Shown here in pieces: positions 12,035-25,706 of a stretch of DNA of 64,000 nucleotides. A program made the translations under genes and the position numbers. Location of the stretch: assembly GCA_043228905.1 (NCBI GenBank), contig JBHGNT010000013.1, forward strand, positions 4,712,001 to 4,776,000, in the 5' to 3' direction. Every line of letters starts with the position of its first letter. Positions within the stretch are counted from its first letter, which is position 1. The notes under the pieces were generated by a model. That model had not been told where the DNA came from, did no database searches, and worked only from the letters and a program-made list of their open reading frames with translations. Origin of the DNA: Azolla caroliniana (taxonomy: Eukaryota; Plantae; Polypodiophyta).

Positions 12035-15000
12035 TGTCGAATACAAATGTATAATGGACGTATTCACACTATTCTCTTAGAGAGCCCAAGTTCGGGCTAT
12101 TTCTGTAAATAACATAAAGGGCAGTTGCCCTATGTGAGTCACTATATAAAGTGACTTTGTAACCTCTTGTAAAGGTTGGTTGTTCATTGTTGTAATTGTT
12201 GCCCCTTTTATGAATATAGATATATGCTTTGTGCCTCTCTCTCTCTCTCTCTCTCTCTCCTTGTACGTATCTTGTTCTTGCCTCTCTCATACGCAGGTAT
12301 TTCTTCCTCACAGATTCATACTGTGTGATCTCTTCCGTACTGACGGCTTTGTTCATTCCCTACATTTGGTATCAGAGCTTGGATGTCCTTCATCCCGCTG
12401 CCAGCCGCCATTCGAATCTTTGGATCACAACATTCTGTTTTTTTTGCTTTGTATTTGAAGAAAAAGAGAAGAGAGAAGAAGAAGAAAAACGAGGCTTGCA
12501 TCTCATCGCGTTAGATCATCTTCGCTTGGAGTAAGCCAGCCGGCTATACTCTGTTCCTTGTGATCATAACCGCTCGAGGTGAAATCACCTTGTGCAACAT
12601 TGACACGATCGTGCTCGGTTAAACGGCATCCGAACAGGTCATAGAACGCCGCTCGCCGCCCGTTGTAACCACTCGGTGCAGATCGGTCTCAAGAAAACAA
12701 CCCCAATCCGTGCTTCATCCGGCTGATCGACATTCGGGAGGATCAATTGGATCCGTCTCTCTCGTCGCTGCAGTCACCCAAAGCAGAATCGGTCCAGACA
12801 ATCGGTTTCAATAATCAGTATTTGGCATATATATTCGGAAGCGAACCTGGCTCACTCCGACTCGGCAACATTCGGGAAGACCAGTCGGTTCTGTCCCTCA
12901 AGTTACCGGAGTCAATTCGAGCAAGTTCAACAATACATATATCCGAAGCCGAACCAACTCGGGTTCAAATCCGACTAGAACGATATCGGGTGAGCCGACT
13001 GGCTGCACTCCAACAAGGTTCGTAGTCAACTCCGAACCGAGCTTCGTCAACCGAAACCAAATCTGATGGCATCAACATCCGGCTCATCGGAAATGAGTCT
13101 AAGGAGGTTCGACGGTTCGAACTTCAATTTTTGGAAGGAGCAAATGCAGGACTATCTTATAGTCAAGGGTCAGATCGATCTGATTGAGAATGAAACTGCT
13201 CCAGAAATATACAAGGCAAATGAGTGGCAGAAGCTGGATAGAATCGTCCGCACCACGATTCAGATGCACCTATCGGAGTCAGTGTACTTCACAGTGCAAT
13301 CGTGCACGACAGCCTTCGAACTTTGGAAGAAGCTGTCGGAAACCTACGAAAAGAAGGTCGCCTCAACGAAGATGTATTTGATCCGGTGCCTCTACAACTT
13401 GCGGATGAAAGACTCCGATTCGGTTCAGGCACAGCTTAACGAGTACGAAAGTTTGAGCTCCTAAATCTCGTCACAGGGGACGATAATCGAGGATGAACTC
13501 AGAGCAATGATACTCATGAGCAGTCTCCCCTCCTCTTGGGAAACCTTCGTTACAACTGTGTGCAACGCTTCTACGACTGCCATCAAGTACTCCGAAGTCA
13601 CAAGTGCAATCCTGACTCAAGCAGCTCGAAGAAAGTCTTTCACCAAAGACTCGGCAGAAGAAGCCTATGTAGTACAAGGTTCGACCGACCGATCGAACAA
13701 CCGGGGAAGAAGTTCTTCCCGACCGCCGACAAATCAGCGAAGCCGCAACAAGTCCCGGGAAACCCGAATTTGCAACTACTGCAAGAAACCGGGACACATC
13801 AAGGCCGACTGTCGGGTACTCAAGTCAAAGACAGACAAAGCTCAGAGAGCTGATCAGAGGAGTAACCGGCATGAGGAAGTCAACTACGTCGGCTCTTCAG
13901 CCGAGATATTGACGACCGACCCGAACATATTGTCCATAGAGAATCCAGTCAAATCAGAAGTTCTGCTTACGACTGAGGAATCGAGCACATGGCTTCTGGA
14001 CTCGGGCACGTCGTATCACGTGACACCTCACCGATCACAGTTTCGGCAATATTCGGACCGGCACTCCGACTCAGTTCGAGTCGGAAATTCGCAGCACTGT
14101 GCTATCATCGGAATCGGCACCGTAGAGCTCAACCTTCCGGGTGGCTCAACACTCGTACTACACAACGTCCGACACGCTCCTGAGCTCTCACGACCCCTGA
14201 TCTCAATCGAACAACCTCATGAAGCTGGCATCCGTGCTGGTTTCTCATCAGGAGGGTGGACACTCCACAGAGGGAATCTCCTGCTTGCTAGATGACCAAA
14301 GGTACACTCATTGTACCCTTTGTATGTCACACTCAGAGAGGGTGGCTTATTTCTGGTAGATATCCCTGTGTCATCCTTATGGCATGGACGACTTGGACAC
14401 CTCAGCAAGGCCGGCATCACGCACCTATCTAGAGCCGGATACATCCCGAAACTCTCCTTCCCAGACCATCAGTTTTGCGAGCATTGCCAGTACGGCAAAT
14501 AGGTAGCCGCATCACACCTGACATCAGCACCAAGAGAGTCGAGCCTGCTCGATTTGGTCCACTCGGACGTCTGTGGCCCGATGCCACATCAGTCACTCGG
14601 CGGTGCCTCGTACTTCGTCAGTTTCATTGACGACTCGACTCGGAAGGTGTGGGCTTACCCCATCAGAACCAAAGATCGGGTGTTCTCGATCTTTCCAAAT
14701 TGGCTCGCAATGGTCGAAAACTAGACCGGTCGGAAACTGAAGTGTCTCCGAACCGACAATGGAGGTGAGTTCAAATCTGATGAATTCGTCAAATTTTGCC
14801 GAGAACGCGGCATTAGACGTGAATATACGGCACCATATAGTCCGGAGCAGAACGGAATCGCAAAACGCATGAATCGAACGATTCAAGAACACATTGTATC
14901 CATGCTCCAACACTCCAGACTGTCGGATGGCTTCTGGGCAGAGGCTCTACTCACGGCAGTACACATAATCAATATGTCGCCAAGTAGACCTCTAGGACTT

Positions 15001-17613
15001 AAGATACCTCAGGAAATATGGACCGGCAGAAAGCCGACTTATGATAAGCTGAGGATTTTCGGTTGCGAGGCATACGCCCTCATACCGAAAGACGACCGCT
15101 GAAAACTCGAACCGAGATCAAGGAAATGCATTTTCCTCGGGTATGGACCCGACGGCGAGATCGGATACCGACTCTGGGACCCCGAGCACAAGCAAATCGT
15201 CCGAAGTTCGGACGTCGTGTTCAACGAGTCGACTATGCACAAAACGGCCGAAAGGCCTATTGAAGCCCGAAGGGTAATATTTTCCGAAGTGCCAACCCTT
15301 CATGACGGCCCAGCACACAACACGAGACCGGTTTCAGGGGTAACCGACTTCTCTCGCACCGAATCCACAAATTCGGCACAGCCGAATGGCTCGGCTTCCG
15401 ACCATCCGACATCGACACCCGGTGCGACCAGTCCAGTCATACCTCGAAGATCCGAGAGACTGTCGCAACCTCCGAAGAGGTACTCTCCCGGAATTTTCTT
15501 CACCGACGCCGGCGAACCAACATCCTACGAAGAAGCATCGGCAGCTGCCGATTCAGCCACCTGGCATCTGGCAATGGAGTCGGAAATGCACTCCATCCGA
15601 GCCAACAAGACTTGGGATCTGGTCGATTTACCGAAGAATCGATGTGCTCTTCCTTGCAAGTGGGTCTATAGACTAAAGGAGACGTCCGACTCGACCACCC
15701 CAAAGTACAAGGCCAGATTAGTTGCGAAGGGATTTCAACAGGAATATGGCGTCAACTTCGACGAAATCTTTTCACCAGTGGTGAAAATGACAACCCTTCG
15801 TTTCATGCTCGGTGTTGTGGCTACCGACAATTTGGAGCTGATTCAGCTAGATGTGAAAACGGCATTCCTCCACGGTGATCTAAAGGAGGAAATCTACATG
15901 GAGCAGCCGAAAGGCTTTGTGGCCACCGGTCAGGAACATCTAGTCTGCCGACTCAGGAAGAGTCTTTACGGCCTGAAACAGGCCCCCTGACAGTGGTACA
16001 AGAAGTTCGACAATTTCATCAAGTCAGTTGGCTTCTCCAAGAGCGATGAGGACCACTGCCTCTTCACCAAAACAGCTCAAGATAGTTCTCCCATCTTCCT
16101 CATCATCTACGTGGACGACATGCTACTCTCCGGTCGGCATACCGAAGAGCTCACCGAACTCGTTCGGAAACTGCGATCGAAGTTTTCCATGAAGGACCTC
16201 GGTCCGGCAAGACACATACTCAGAATGAAGATTAGTCGGAATCGCGCCAAAAGACAGCTTTTTCTGTCTCAAACCGACTACATCGGACGTGTCTTGGAAC
16301 GCTTCAACATGCAATCGGCTAAATCTGCTTCGACCCCGCTCCCCGTTCATCTTCGGCTTTCTCAACGAGACTGTCCGACATCCGGTCCAGAGGGGGAAGA
16401 CATGAAGTCGGTACCGTATGCACCGGCAGTAGGCTCTCTGATGTACGCGATGGTCGCGACATGGCCTGATATTTCTCACGGCGTAGGAGTCATCAGCAGA
16501 TTTATGCACAATCCCAACCGATCGCACTGGAACGCAGTCAAGCATGTGTTCAGATATTTAGCTGGCACAAAAGACCACGGCATCCTTTTCGGTCCGAACT
16601 CAACTTCAGGCGTAGCCGGTTACACCGACTCAGACTTTGCCGGTTGTGTGGACAGTCGCAAGTCAACAACCGGATATTGCTTTAAATTCGGCAATGGCGC
16701 AATCTCGTGGAAGTCGAAACTTCAGGAGTGCACAGCCACCTCAACGATCGAAGCAGAATATGTAGCTGCCTCCGACGCAGCGAAAGAACCTTTATGGCTC
16801 GGTCAGTTGGCACACACGTTTCGGCAAGTCGACTCCGACTCGGCTCCAGTTGTCTACAGCGACAGTCAGAGTGTTGTTGCTTTGTCGAAAAATCCGGTTC
16901 ATCACAACGCCTCCAAGCATATCGAAGTTCGATATCACTTCGTTCGGGACTACGCCATTTTCGGGAAAATCGGTTTAGAAAAGATATCCACAACCGACAA
17001 TGTCGCAGACGGAATGACCAAGTGTCTTTCGGCAGACCGATTCCGGTCTCTTCGGCAACAGATGGGCGTAACAACATATCGGTCTGGTTGAAGCCGGACA
17101 TAGTGCAGGATGGTTTCGGACAACAGACATCGGTTCACTGACGATCGGCTTCAGCTTTTCCGACCCGACCAGTTCGGTCTTCTGTCTACAGATCAGGCCG
17201 ATTCGAACAAAACCGACCTGTCCGAGAACCTATGCCTATACCTGTATTTTTTAGATAACCCATGTATACGCCCATTACGGGGGAGTGTCTAATACAAATG
17301 TATAATGGACGTATTCACACTATTCTCTTAGAGAGCCCAAGTTCGGGCTATTTCTGTAAATAACATAAAGGGCAGTTGCCCTATGTGAGTCACTATATAA
17401 AGTGACTTTGTAACCTCTTGTAAAGGTTGGTTGTTCATTGTTGTAATTGTTGCCCCTTTTATGAATATAGATATATGCTTTGTGCCTCTCTCTCTCTCTC
17501 TCTCTCTCCTTGTACGTATCTTGTTCTTGCCTCTCTCATATGCAGGTATTTCTTCCTCACAGATTCATACTGTGTGATCTCTTCCGCACTGACGGCTTTG
17601 TTCATTCCCTACA
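12035..17613 (+). mobile_element. Young full-length Ty1/Copia LTR retrotransposon
   Basis: LTRs 12035-12364 and 17286-17613 (3 substitutions and one CT-unit indel seen), TSD CAAGG, PBS tggtatcagagc 12367-12378, PPT before 17286. Confidence 0.97.
13066..17091 (+). pseudogene. Copia gag-pol polyprotein in one frame, broken only by six stop codons
   Basis: ORFs at 13066, 13507, 14311, 14869, 15217 and 16111 share a frame. Motifs: CNYCKKPGHIKADC, LDSGTSYH, HSDVCGP, RTDNGGE, QLDVKTAF, YVDDM, YTDSDFA. Confidence 0.92.
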
Positions 17614-20117
17614 CAAGGAAGGGTCCATCATTCTTGTGTTGTAACTTGGAGTGAATATAATTCCATCAATAAGATGGTTATCGAACTCCCAACTCTACAT
17701 TGGGGTGAATAATTGAAGAAATAAACTACTAGAAAACAAACAGTCATCATCAAAGACAACGCAAAAATATCAAGGGATGATGTAGGGCTTTAGAAACAAT
17801 TTAGAAAAATAATAATATCTCGGGACACCATAGAATCATAAAGACAATTCAAAAGAAAATCTTTGGAGACAATTTAGAATTCTAGATACTGTTAAGGAAA
17901 AAATTCGTAAGGACAATTTAGAGCAAAAATCTCTAGAGATGATTTAGAGTTCACGAGCCAATCAAGGAGGAAAGTACCTAAAATTTAAAATTGTATGGTT
18001 GTAGTCATGGGTTACTTTTGTGAATGTATACAAAAGGGCGTCCATACACATTGATGTCTAGCATATCAACACACATCTTAAGACAAAAACATTGAACTTG
18101 CCCTATTTTTCCTAGTCTAATTAGTCTTGCATTCCTATCTTGTTATCAAATCCTCATCTTCATAATCTTGTTGGATATCAACCTGACATCCCCTTGTCCT
18201 CCTTGTTTTGACACCCTCCTCCATACTTGATCCAAATACCTACTCATCCTCTCTCCCTCATCTCCTCCAATTTCTTCTTGTTTTGTTGACGTTGTCTCTT
18301 CTTTCACCAATTCTCCATCTCTTCACTTTTATTTTATCCACCTTTTTACCTCTTCTTGATTTTCACATTTTCTAGCGCCAATTCACATGGATCAACACAA
18401 CATTCGGCACCATTTAAAAATGATGAAAAATCAATGATCCTCAAAGTTTATAGACCATCATTTATGTGGCATAATGTGAAATGAAGTTCCAGAATCCAAC
18501 CATCACATACGTGGTAACTTTTTTTTACAAGGAGAGCATTGCATGTTACTATGTGTTATATCTCTAATTCTCTTGCCATGCTCTCCTAATGTCTCATAGT
18601 TGATTCTCATCAACTATGAGACAAACAACTATCATGCATGCCCATCACCACCAAGGTTTTGACTTGCATTCTTAGGGGATAGGCATCCTAATAAGTACAC
18701 TCCCTGTGTACTATTTTGAAACAAACATAATCATCCCATTTTCTAGGTCATTTCTTCAAATCCATGTGAAAGTCAAAATTTTGCTTTTACGTGTCTTTTG
18801 AATGTTTTTACTTTTTTCCACTCAAAGTTCGGGGCCTAGAAAGTCGATGTGAGGGGTATTTTTACCCTTGAGAATGTATTCGTTATCCATTTCCATCGCC
18901 ATAATCTCAATAGGAAATTATTTCATCTCAAATATGAGCATCTATGGCATTTGTAGTGTGACTTGAAGAAACTCTATAAGAAAGAAGTATGTGCGTAAGT
19001 GGAGTTAGGGATGTTGTCGTCCTATACATCAACCCCTTAGAGAAGCATCGATGTTACCAATACATTGATGACACATTTCTCTAGAACGAAACACTTAATT
19101 TCTCCACCATTGCATATGTTCTCCAAGTCATTGTGATTGTAAGAAGCCCTCTTTTTCTTGCTTCTATGTGAATGGAGCACATTTATTCCACGTATAATTG
19201 GATGGAGCACATTTCTTGCTTCTATGTGAATGGGGGGGGGGGGGGGGTATAGCTTGTGAGGATTGTATGGTAAGCATTATATGGTAAGGAGGAAGAGGAT
19301 GTGTCATTGTTGAGATATGATATGGGTCTCATTTATGAGCTATTGTGACGTGGTTACTAGATCGTTGGTATCGATCAAACACCTGCCCCCGATTGGTAAG
19401 ATGTTCTTTTTTTGTCCTCTTGGAGGGAGAATATGCATCGTGCCCATGCAATTATTATTTGAGAAATCGAGTAGACTTACGTACAAATTTGTGTGAAACA
19501 TACTAACAACCTAATCACAACATCATCAAAGCGGCTTTGCGGAATCAACGTGATCTCCACAAAAATCATGAACGCGATCTCCCCCATAAGTAATGCTCTA
19601 GTGATGTGGGAGTAGACGCAAGTCCACTATCCCATGAAGGAAGCATGGCATCACGAAGTAAAACCATCCAATTGTTTCCTATGGAACACATTCCATATCT
19701 AGAAGTGGTTGTTGCGATACGTACTATCATGACGAAGGATTAATGCATGATATTATGGTAGCCACAAATTGTGCATGTGTTTACGTATGTATGTGTTGAT
19801 GGGAGTTCTTCTATGAGGGATCAGCATTACATTACGCTTGTTTTATTACTACTACTCTTAAATTACTACTACTAACTACACTACTACTATTACTAGCTTT
19901 CCTTATGTAGCCCAAAACCTTATTTTCTTGTAAAAAAATATATACATAAAATGAACATAAAGAAATAAAATAAAATAAACGTAAAAAAAGAAGAGTAAAA
20001 AAAAACAGTTAATGACGGGTGGTTTTTTTTTTTCTTTTAAAAAAAAAAATGTTCGCCCTTTATGGGTTTTTGAGTTCTCAACTGGAGGCGCTGCCTGCTG
20101 AGCTGGCACTCTCGACC

Positions 20118-20200
20118 GCCACGTGGGTTCCATCGTGGCAAAACGGCGCAGGAGCGGCGGCGCGCTCTGGCCTACGGCCTCCCCGGCTGACGTGGCCAAT
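20118..20200 (+). promoter_or_regulatory. GC-rich upstream segment with G-box/ABRE-like and CCAAT motifs
   Basis: gccacgtgg at ~20118 and tgacgtggccaat at ~20188, about 230-300 bp upstream of the likely CrRLK1L start codon. Motif match only. Confidence 0.35.
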
Positions 20201-20423
20201 GGCTGACCTGTGCAGGGCGGAGGGCAATAGACCCAGGGTCCACGTCGGCAAACGCTGCGGACGTGTACATATGGAGGACCGTTCTGATTAGTCCAGCATG
20301 GCAGGGGAAGCGCCACGCTGGCAAGAGCTACTCACTGTCTCTGTCTTTTTCCTTTTCTTCTTCTTCTTCTTCTTCTTCTTCTTCTGCTACTGTTACTGCT
20401 TTTCCTGCTTCTGTATGAGACCC

Positions 20424-23072
20424 ATGGGAGGTCCTCCTTCCTCTGTCTCTGTCTCCTCCATGCCTTCCTTCTTCTTCTTCTTCCTCTTCTTCCTCGTTTC
20501 TTCCTCCTCCATAGCTGAACAGCTTGCCTTTTCTCCCACAAATTCTTTCCTCCTAGACTGCGGTAGCCCCTCCTCTGACCCCACCCTCGTACATGGCCGA
20601 TCTTGGCTCCCTGATTCATCGCCATCGCCCTCTTCTTTCGTCTCTTCCTCTACACCCATCTCTGCATCTACTACTTCATCATCTTCCTCTCTCTCCACTC
20701 TCTCCATAGCTCCCCTGCTCCTCTCTGCGTCCATCTTCCCCAACACATCCTCCTACACCTTCTCCGTCTCTCCGTCTCGCTTCTGGATTCGTCTCTACTT
20801 CTACCCATTCGCATTCAATCCTCCTCCTGCCTACGACCTGAACGCAGCCGTCTTCTCCGTGCTGGCCAATGGCTTCACTCTCCTCTCGCGTCTCCATGTG
20901 ACCTCGTCCATCCAAGCCTCAGACACAGGCATGCCCTACCTCTTCAAAGAGTATTCCATCAATGTCACATCTCCCACTCTCACAGTCACATTGGAGCCTG
21001 CGGTGGGGTCCTTTGCCTTCATCAACGCCATGGAGGTCCTGTCCATGCCGCCCGACATCCTGCAGGACCTCGCGAGCCCGGTCAGTGGCGGTGGTGTGAA
21101 CGCGCCCGTCTCTGTCGGGATGCCCCGGACGGCGGCTGAATGCGTGCACCGCATCAACGTCGGCGGCCCGCCCGTGTCTCCCCTCAACGACTCGGCCGGG
21201 CTGTACAGAACGTGGGCCGCGAACGGGAGCTACCTCTACTCTGATGCCGGCCTAGAGAGCGTCTCGACCAGCCGTGACTCGATCGTGTACCCTCCCCTCT
21301 TGCCGGCCTACATCGCCCCCCCTGTCGTCTATAGCACCGCCCTCCAAATGCAGCCACAAGACACCATCTCCAATTCCTTGTTTAACATCTCCTGGCTCCT
21401 CCGCATTGACCCCGAATTCGTGTACCTCGTCCGGCTCCACCTCTGCGAGATCGTGTTCGATTCCGCAGGCTCTCGGGTCTTCGATATCTACATCCAGAAC
21501 GAGACGGCTTACCAATCTCTAGACCTCGTACGCGAGGAGTCCGCGGACCAAGCGTACTACCGAGACTTCACTGTGAACTCGTCGGGGGGCATCTCCACGC
21601 TATGGATCCAGGTAGGTCCTACCCCTAATGCTGCCCTCTCTAATAACAATGCCATTCTCAATGGGTTCGAGATATGGAAGCTTAATAACTCGGCCGGAAG
21701 CCTAGATGGTCTGATGGCTGAGAAAGTCCCTCGGGACTCTGCTGCCTATCATGGTCTACACCTTGGTGTCATCATTGGGCTTGTTATCACCGGAGTCCTT
21801 ATTGTTTTGATCGTGATTGTTCTCATCGTGTGCTTCTTGTTCTTCTTACCTCGAAAGACGAAAGTTCACAAGCAATCTCCTCCCAATTGGCTTCCTCTTG
21901 GCGCGAATTCGGCAAGCATTGTGAGCAAGGAATTGAACTTCTCCCATAAGAGCGGTACCGGGAGCTATGTCTCATCTGCCCCCTCGAGCTTCGGCCGCCT
22001 TTTTACCTTCCTCGAGATCCAAGAGGCCACAAACAACTTTGATGAAACTCAAGTTCTTGGTGTGGGTGGGTTTGGGAAAGTCTACAAAGGTGTTACCGAT
22101 GATGGTATGAAGATTGCTGTAAAGAGGGGTAACCCCCGATCCGAACAAGGACTTACGGAGTTCCGGACCGAAATAGACATGCTCTCCAAGTTAAGGCATC
22201 GGCATCTCGTATCGCTGATTGGCTACTGCGACGAAAACTCGGAGATGATATTGGTATATGAATTCATGTCGAATGGGCCTCTACGAAGCCATCTCTACGG
22301 CACCGACTTCCCGCCTTTGTCATGGAAGCAAAGGCTTGAAATATGCATCGGCGCTGCGAGAGGCCTTCATTATCTCCACACTGGTGCTGCACAAAGCATC
22401 ATACATCGAGATGTTAAGACCACCAACATACTTCTGGATGAAAACCTAGTCGCGAAAGTGGCCGATTTTGGTTTGTCAAAGACAGGGCCCGCACTCGATC
22501 ATACGCATGTGAGCACAGCTGTGAAAGGGAGCTTTGGATATCTTGACCCCGAGTATTTCCGGAGGCAGCAACTTACAGAGAAGTCCGATGTGTACTCGTA
22601 TGGGGTAGTGTTAATCGAGGTTCTTTGTGCTCGGCCTGCCATTAACCCTGCACTCCCGAGGGATCAAGTGAACATAGCAGAATGGGCATTACAGTGGAAG
22701 AGATTAGGGCGCTTAGAGGAGATCGTCGATCCTCACATACGAGGAACCATTAACACAAACTCGTTAAGAAAGTATGGCGAGACCGTCGAAAAATGCTTGG
22801 CCGATCAAGGTATAGAAAGACCATATATGGGTGATGTGCTTTGGAACTTGGAGTATGCTTTGCAGCTACAAGAGACATCCGTATTGATTGAGGATGCCGA
22901 TGATGGAAGTAGCCGAAATCAAATCTCACAACTTCCGGTACATCTTCCGGAACAAGTGCATTGGAATGTTAGTAGAGAAGAAGAACCTGTTAGTTCGGAT
23001 AGTGAGAGAGAGTCAGAGGATGCTTCAGCTAGTGCTCTTTTCTGTCAAATGGTGAATCCTCAAGGTAGATAG
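20424..23072 (+). CDS. THE1: CrRLK1L malectin-like receptor kinase, THESEUS1-like, intronless
   Basis: Signal peptide, malectin-like ectodomain (LLDCGS, YLVRLHLCEI, NAILNGFEI), TM helix, and a kinase closely matching THE1 (AVKRGNPRSEQG, NGPLRSHLYG, HRDVKTTN, DFGLSKTGP). Start uncertain: ATGs at 20415, 20424 and 20460, frame open from 20298. Confidence 0.92.
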   Translation: MGGPPSSVSVSSMPSFFFFFLFFLVSSSSIAEQLAFSPTNSFLLDCGSPSSDPTLVHGRSWLPDSSPSPSSFVSSSTPISASTTSSSSSLSTLSIAPLLLSASIFPNTSSYTFSVSPSRFWIRLYFYPFAFNPPPAYDLNAAVFSVLANGFTLLSRLHVTSSIQASDTGMPYLFKEYSINVTSPTLTVTLEPAVGSFAFINAMEVLSMPPDILQDLASPVSGGGVNAPVSVGMPRTAAECVHRINVGGPPVSPLNDSAGLYRTWAANGSYLYSDAGLESVSTSRDSIVYPPLLPAYIAPPVVYSTALQMQPQDTISNSLFNISWLLRIDPEFVYLVRLHLCEIVFDSAGSRVFDIYIQNETAYQSLDLVREESADQAYYRDFTVNSSGGISTLWIQVGPTPNAALSNNNAILNGFEIWKLNNSAGSLDGLMAEKVPRDSAAYHGLHLGVIIGLVITGVLIVLIVIVLIVCFLFFLPRKTKVHKQSPPNWLPLGANSASIVSKELNFSHKSGTGSYVSSAPSSFGRLFTFLEIQEATNNFDETQVLGVGGFGKVYKGVTDDGMKIAVKRGNPRSEQGLTEFRTEIDMLSKLRHRHLVSLIGYCDENSEMILVYEFMSNGPLRSHLYGTDFPPLSWKQRLEICIGAARGLHYLHTGAAQSIIHRDVKTTNILLDENLVAKVADFGLSKTGPALDHTHVSTAVKGSFGYLDPEYFRRQQLTEKSDVYSYGVVLIEVLCARPAINPALPRDQVNIAEWALQWKRLGRLEEIVDPHIRGTINTNSLRKYGETVEKCLADQGIERPYMGDVLWNLEYALQLQETSVLIEDADDGSSRNQISQLPVHLPEQVHWNVSREEEPVSSDSERESEDASASALFCQMVNPQGR

Positions 23073-24905
23073 ATAGACACCTTCAATACTGAAGAAAGAA
23101 GTTAAACAGCAAATGAGGTAAAACATTTCTTGGTAACCAACCAGTATATCTTGCCAAAGTCAAAAGGGACAGATAGTTTTAGTAAAGAAATATTGACATG
23201 TGAGCTGCTAATGGGACAATCTCCAGCCATTTCTTTGGAGGATGGTTCCAGCATAAGGACATTCTTGTATTTGATCGATTTAGCACCATCATTTTTATTC
23301 AAATGTTCTTCAATTGTATGCTTTCCCATGACATTATCTATGGAGGAAGCCAAGAGAATTCCATTTTTTAAAGCTTGAGATACTATGACAATACACTTGT
23401 TTTGTGTCTTGTACCAATTTTGTTAACAAACTTTCTCTAATCTCAATTATATCATTTGAAAACATGATTTTGCTCATGTCACTCAAAAGCGTAAACTTTG
23501 TTGTGGTATCCATGTTTCTCGTACTGTTTTGATTGTCATAAGAACTTATATTTCAAAAAGCCATATGTATTACTCCCTTATTGTTTGACCCAATCTTCAT
23601 AATATGCCCTGTAAACAATTCCAGTGGCAAGATTTATTATAATGTTGTCATCCAAAGCAAGAGAAAATCATATAAGTGGAGGGCATGCCAGGTTGCTGAT
23701 ACTAGGCATTGAAAAATCGAACTACTTTTGTTGAACCATTTTACTCGAGACGCAAGATCACAATGGATGTCATAAAAATAAAGCACAAGATGAGCAGCCC
23801 AAATAGCAGGTTAGATGCTAATGAAAGAAACTATTTGATGTCTTCTGATGGTCCATAAAACAATGACAAATGTTGTTAATCCTTCTGGCATCGCCTAGGA
23901 TAGGGCAGTCACTTGTATGTCACAATCCATGAACATATGTGTAAAACAAAGGCTGCCTGTCCACTATAATAACAAACTTTCAATGATATACATACAAACA
24001 GTATGTCTATCTCCATGGAAAAAGTTTTGATATAGAGTCAGTCTAACTTGCAGATCATAAAGTCACAAAACAATGTACTGCACAAGACTAAGGTTGTGAC
24101 CTTTCTGCCAAAAGTTCATTTTCTGTTCTTTAATTCAAATTATCAAAGAAGTTAACTATGCACAAAACATTGTGAATAATGGGCTCCATGAGTCATCATC
24201 AAATGGGTGCCCATTTCAGTGTTTTACAGATTTTCTGTCAATTTAGATCACTTTCAAGGACAAAAATGTGCATTTTCTCCAGATAAGTGAAAGCTTAAAC
24301 CACCACTTAAACCTTCATATGCATTACCTCTGAACGCAGACACATATGCCTTCAACTATCTTCATAACTAATCAGGAGGAGCTCATTCAAGCACTTCTAC
24401 CCTTCTCCAAGTAGCCTTAAAACCTTTTTCATGCAATATATGTATATGTATATAGACACACACACAAATGCACAGAATGAATTAAAGAAGAGGAACTTGC
24501 TAGGAATGAATAGAAGGCACTTTATCAAAAAAATATTTATCAGATGAAGGAATGGATACAATGTCAATGAAGTGGCTCACAGGAAAGTGTGCAAAACAAA
24601 GATGACAAATCAGACCAGAAAACAACATGAGAAGTTGTCTAGCGACCGACCATTCATCAAAGTGCCCTTAAACCTCCAACAAAGATCGCTTTAGCGAAAA
24701 ATGCAAAACGTGGCCGCAGTAAGGGCAAAATAAATGCATATGGAAGAAAAACCACAATGTGGTGATAACATTCTATGGTATTTTATTCCAAGCAATTGAG
24801 AAAAATTAGAAGTAGCCACGCAAAAAGACCTCCAATATAAAACAATATACACAACAAAGAAGAAAGATTTGCATAACTTGTTGTGCCTTAAAGTATTGGA
24901 TGTGA

Positions 24906-25706
24906 TCAATCTCCACTATCCAGCCCCAGTCCATACAAAACTCCTGCATACTTCTCAGTGGATCCATTAAAGAAATCGTTCTTGAGCTTGCGAAATGTTG
25001 ATGAGGTTAGCAAACTATCAGAACCAGCTTGATGACATGAACCAAATCTCTCCACTTCCAACATCTCTGCCAACCTAGTCAATCCTCCATGCAAATTGTT
25101 GCAGAACTTCATCAAATACTTGATGTCATAGACAGTGGGGAAATACACTCTAAGAAGATTGAAGAAATCCGGCTCCGAGACAGGTAGATTCTGACACGTC
25201 AGAAGCTTGAGTAGATACCCAAAGTCATAGCCACTATGGAAAGTGATCCAATGAACATTTTCATTCATCACAATGCCGGATGACATGAGAAGCTCACCGA
25301 ATCGATATGCATCAATCCCTCTCTCTTCATTCTTCTTGAAATCAATTCCACTTTGTTGCAAGAGATCGATAGAATCTTGTGCATACACATCCTCCCGTAT
25401 CTTGAATTCTCTGAAGTTGAATTGCCAAACACAACATTCATTTGTGCCACATTTAGGAAGTGATCCATCCTCATCAGCGAAAGTTAAACCTAACTGAATA
25501 AGCTTCAGCATGTTCACATTTGCTCTTAAGGTTTGGTAATGATAATCGGCAGTTGATTTGAAGATGCCCACTGGTCTCACCACAACTCCAGGAAACTCTG
25601 TATCCATAGCTAGATATGGATAATCATCAACGATTTCTCTTAGAAGGTCAAACTCTTCTTCAAGGTTATCTTCCCATACCTCTCGGATGCATAACTCTTT
25701 TGGCAT
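24906..25706 (-). CDS. CAF1: CCR4-associated factor 1 (CAF1/POP2) DEDDh deadenylase
   Basis: [11 protein letters not shown]..., [15 protein letters not shown] and HQAGSD motifs; 266 aa. A 3' splice acceptor (ttcacag) at 25732 indicates a 5' UTR intron with a likely donor at 27870 (gtaagt) or 27902. Confidence 0.93.
   Translation of the reverse strand: MPKELCIREVWEDNLEEEFDLLREIVDDYPYLAMDTEFPGVVVRPVGIFKSTADYHYQTLRANVNMLKLIQLGLTFADEDGSLPKCGTNECCVWQFNFREFKIREDVYAQDSIDLLQQSGIDFKKNEERGIDAYRFGELLMSSGIVMNENVHWITFHSGYDFGYLLKLLTCQNLPVSEPDFFNLLRVYFPTVYDIKYLMKFCNNLHGGLTRLAEMLEVERFGSCHQAGSDSLLTSSTFRKLKNDFFNGSTEKYAGVLYGLGLDSGD

Noticed and set aside
13462-15990. Stops repaired by U-to-C RNA editing
   Set aside because: U-to-C editing in ferns and hornworts is organellar; methyl-C deamination explains these nuclear stops more simply.
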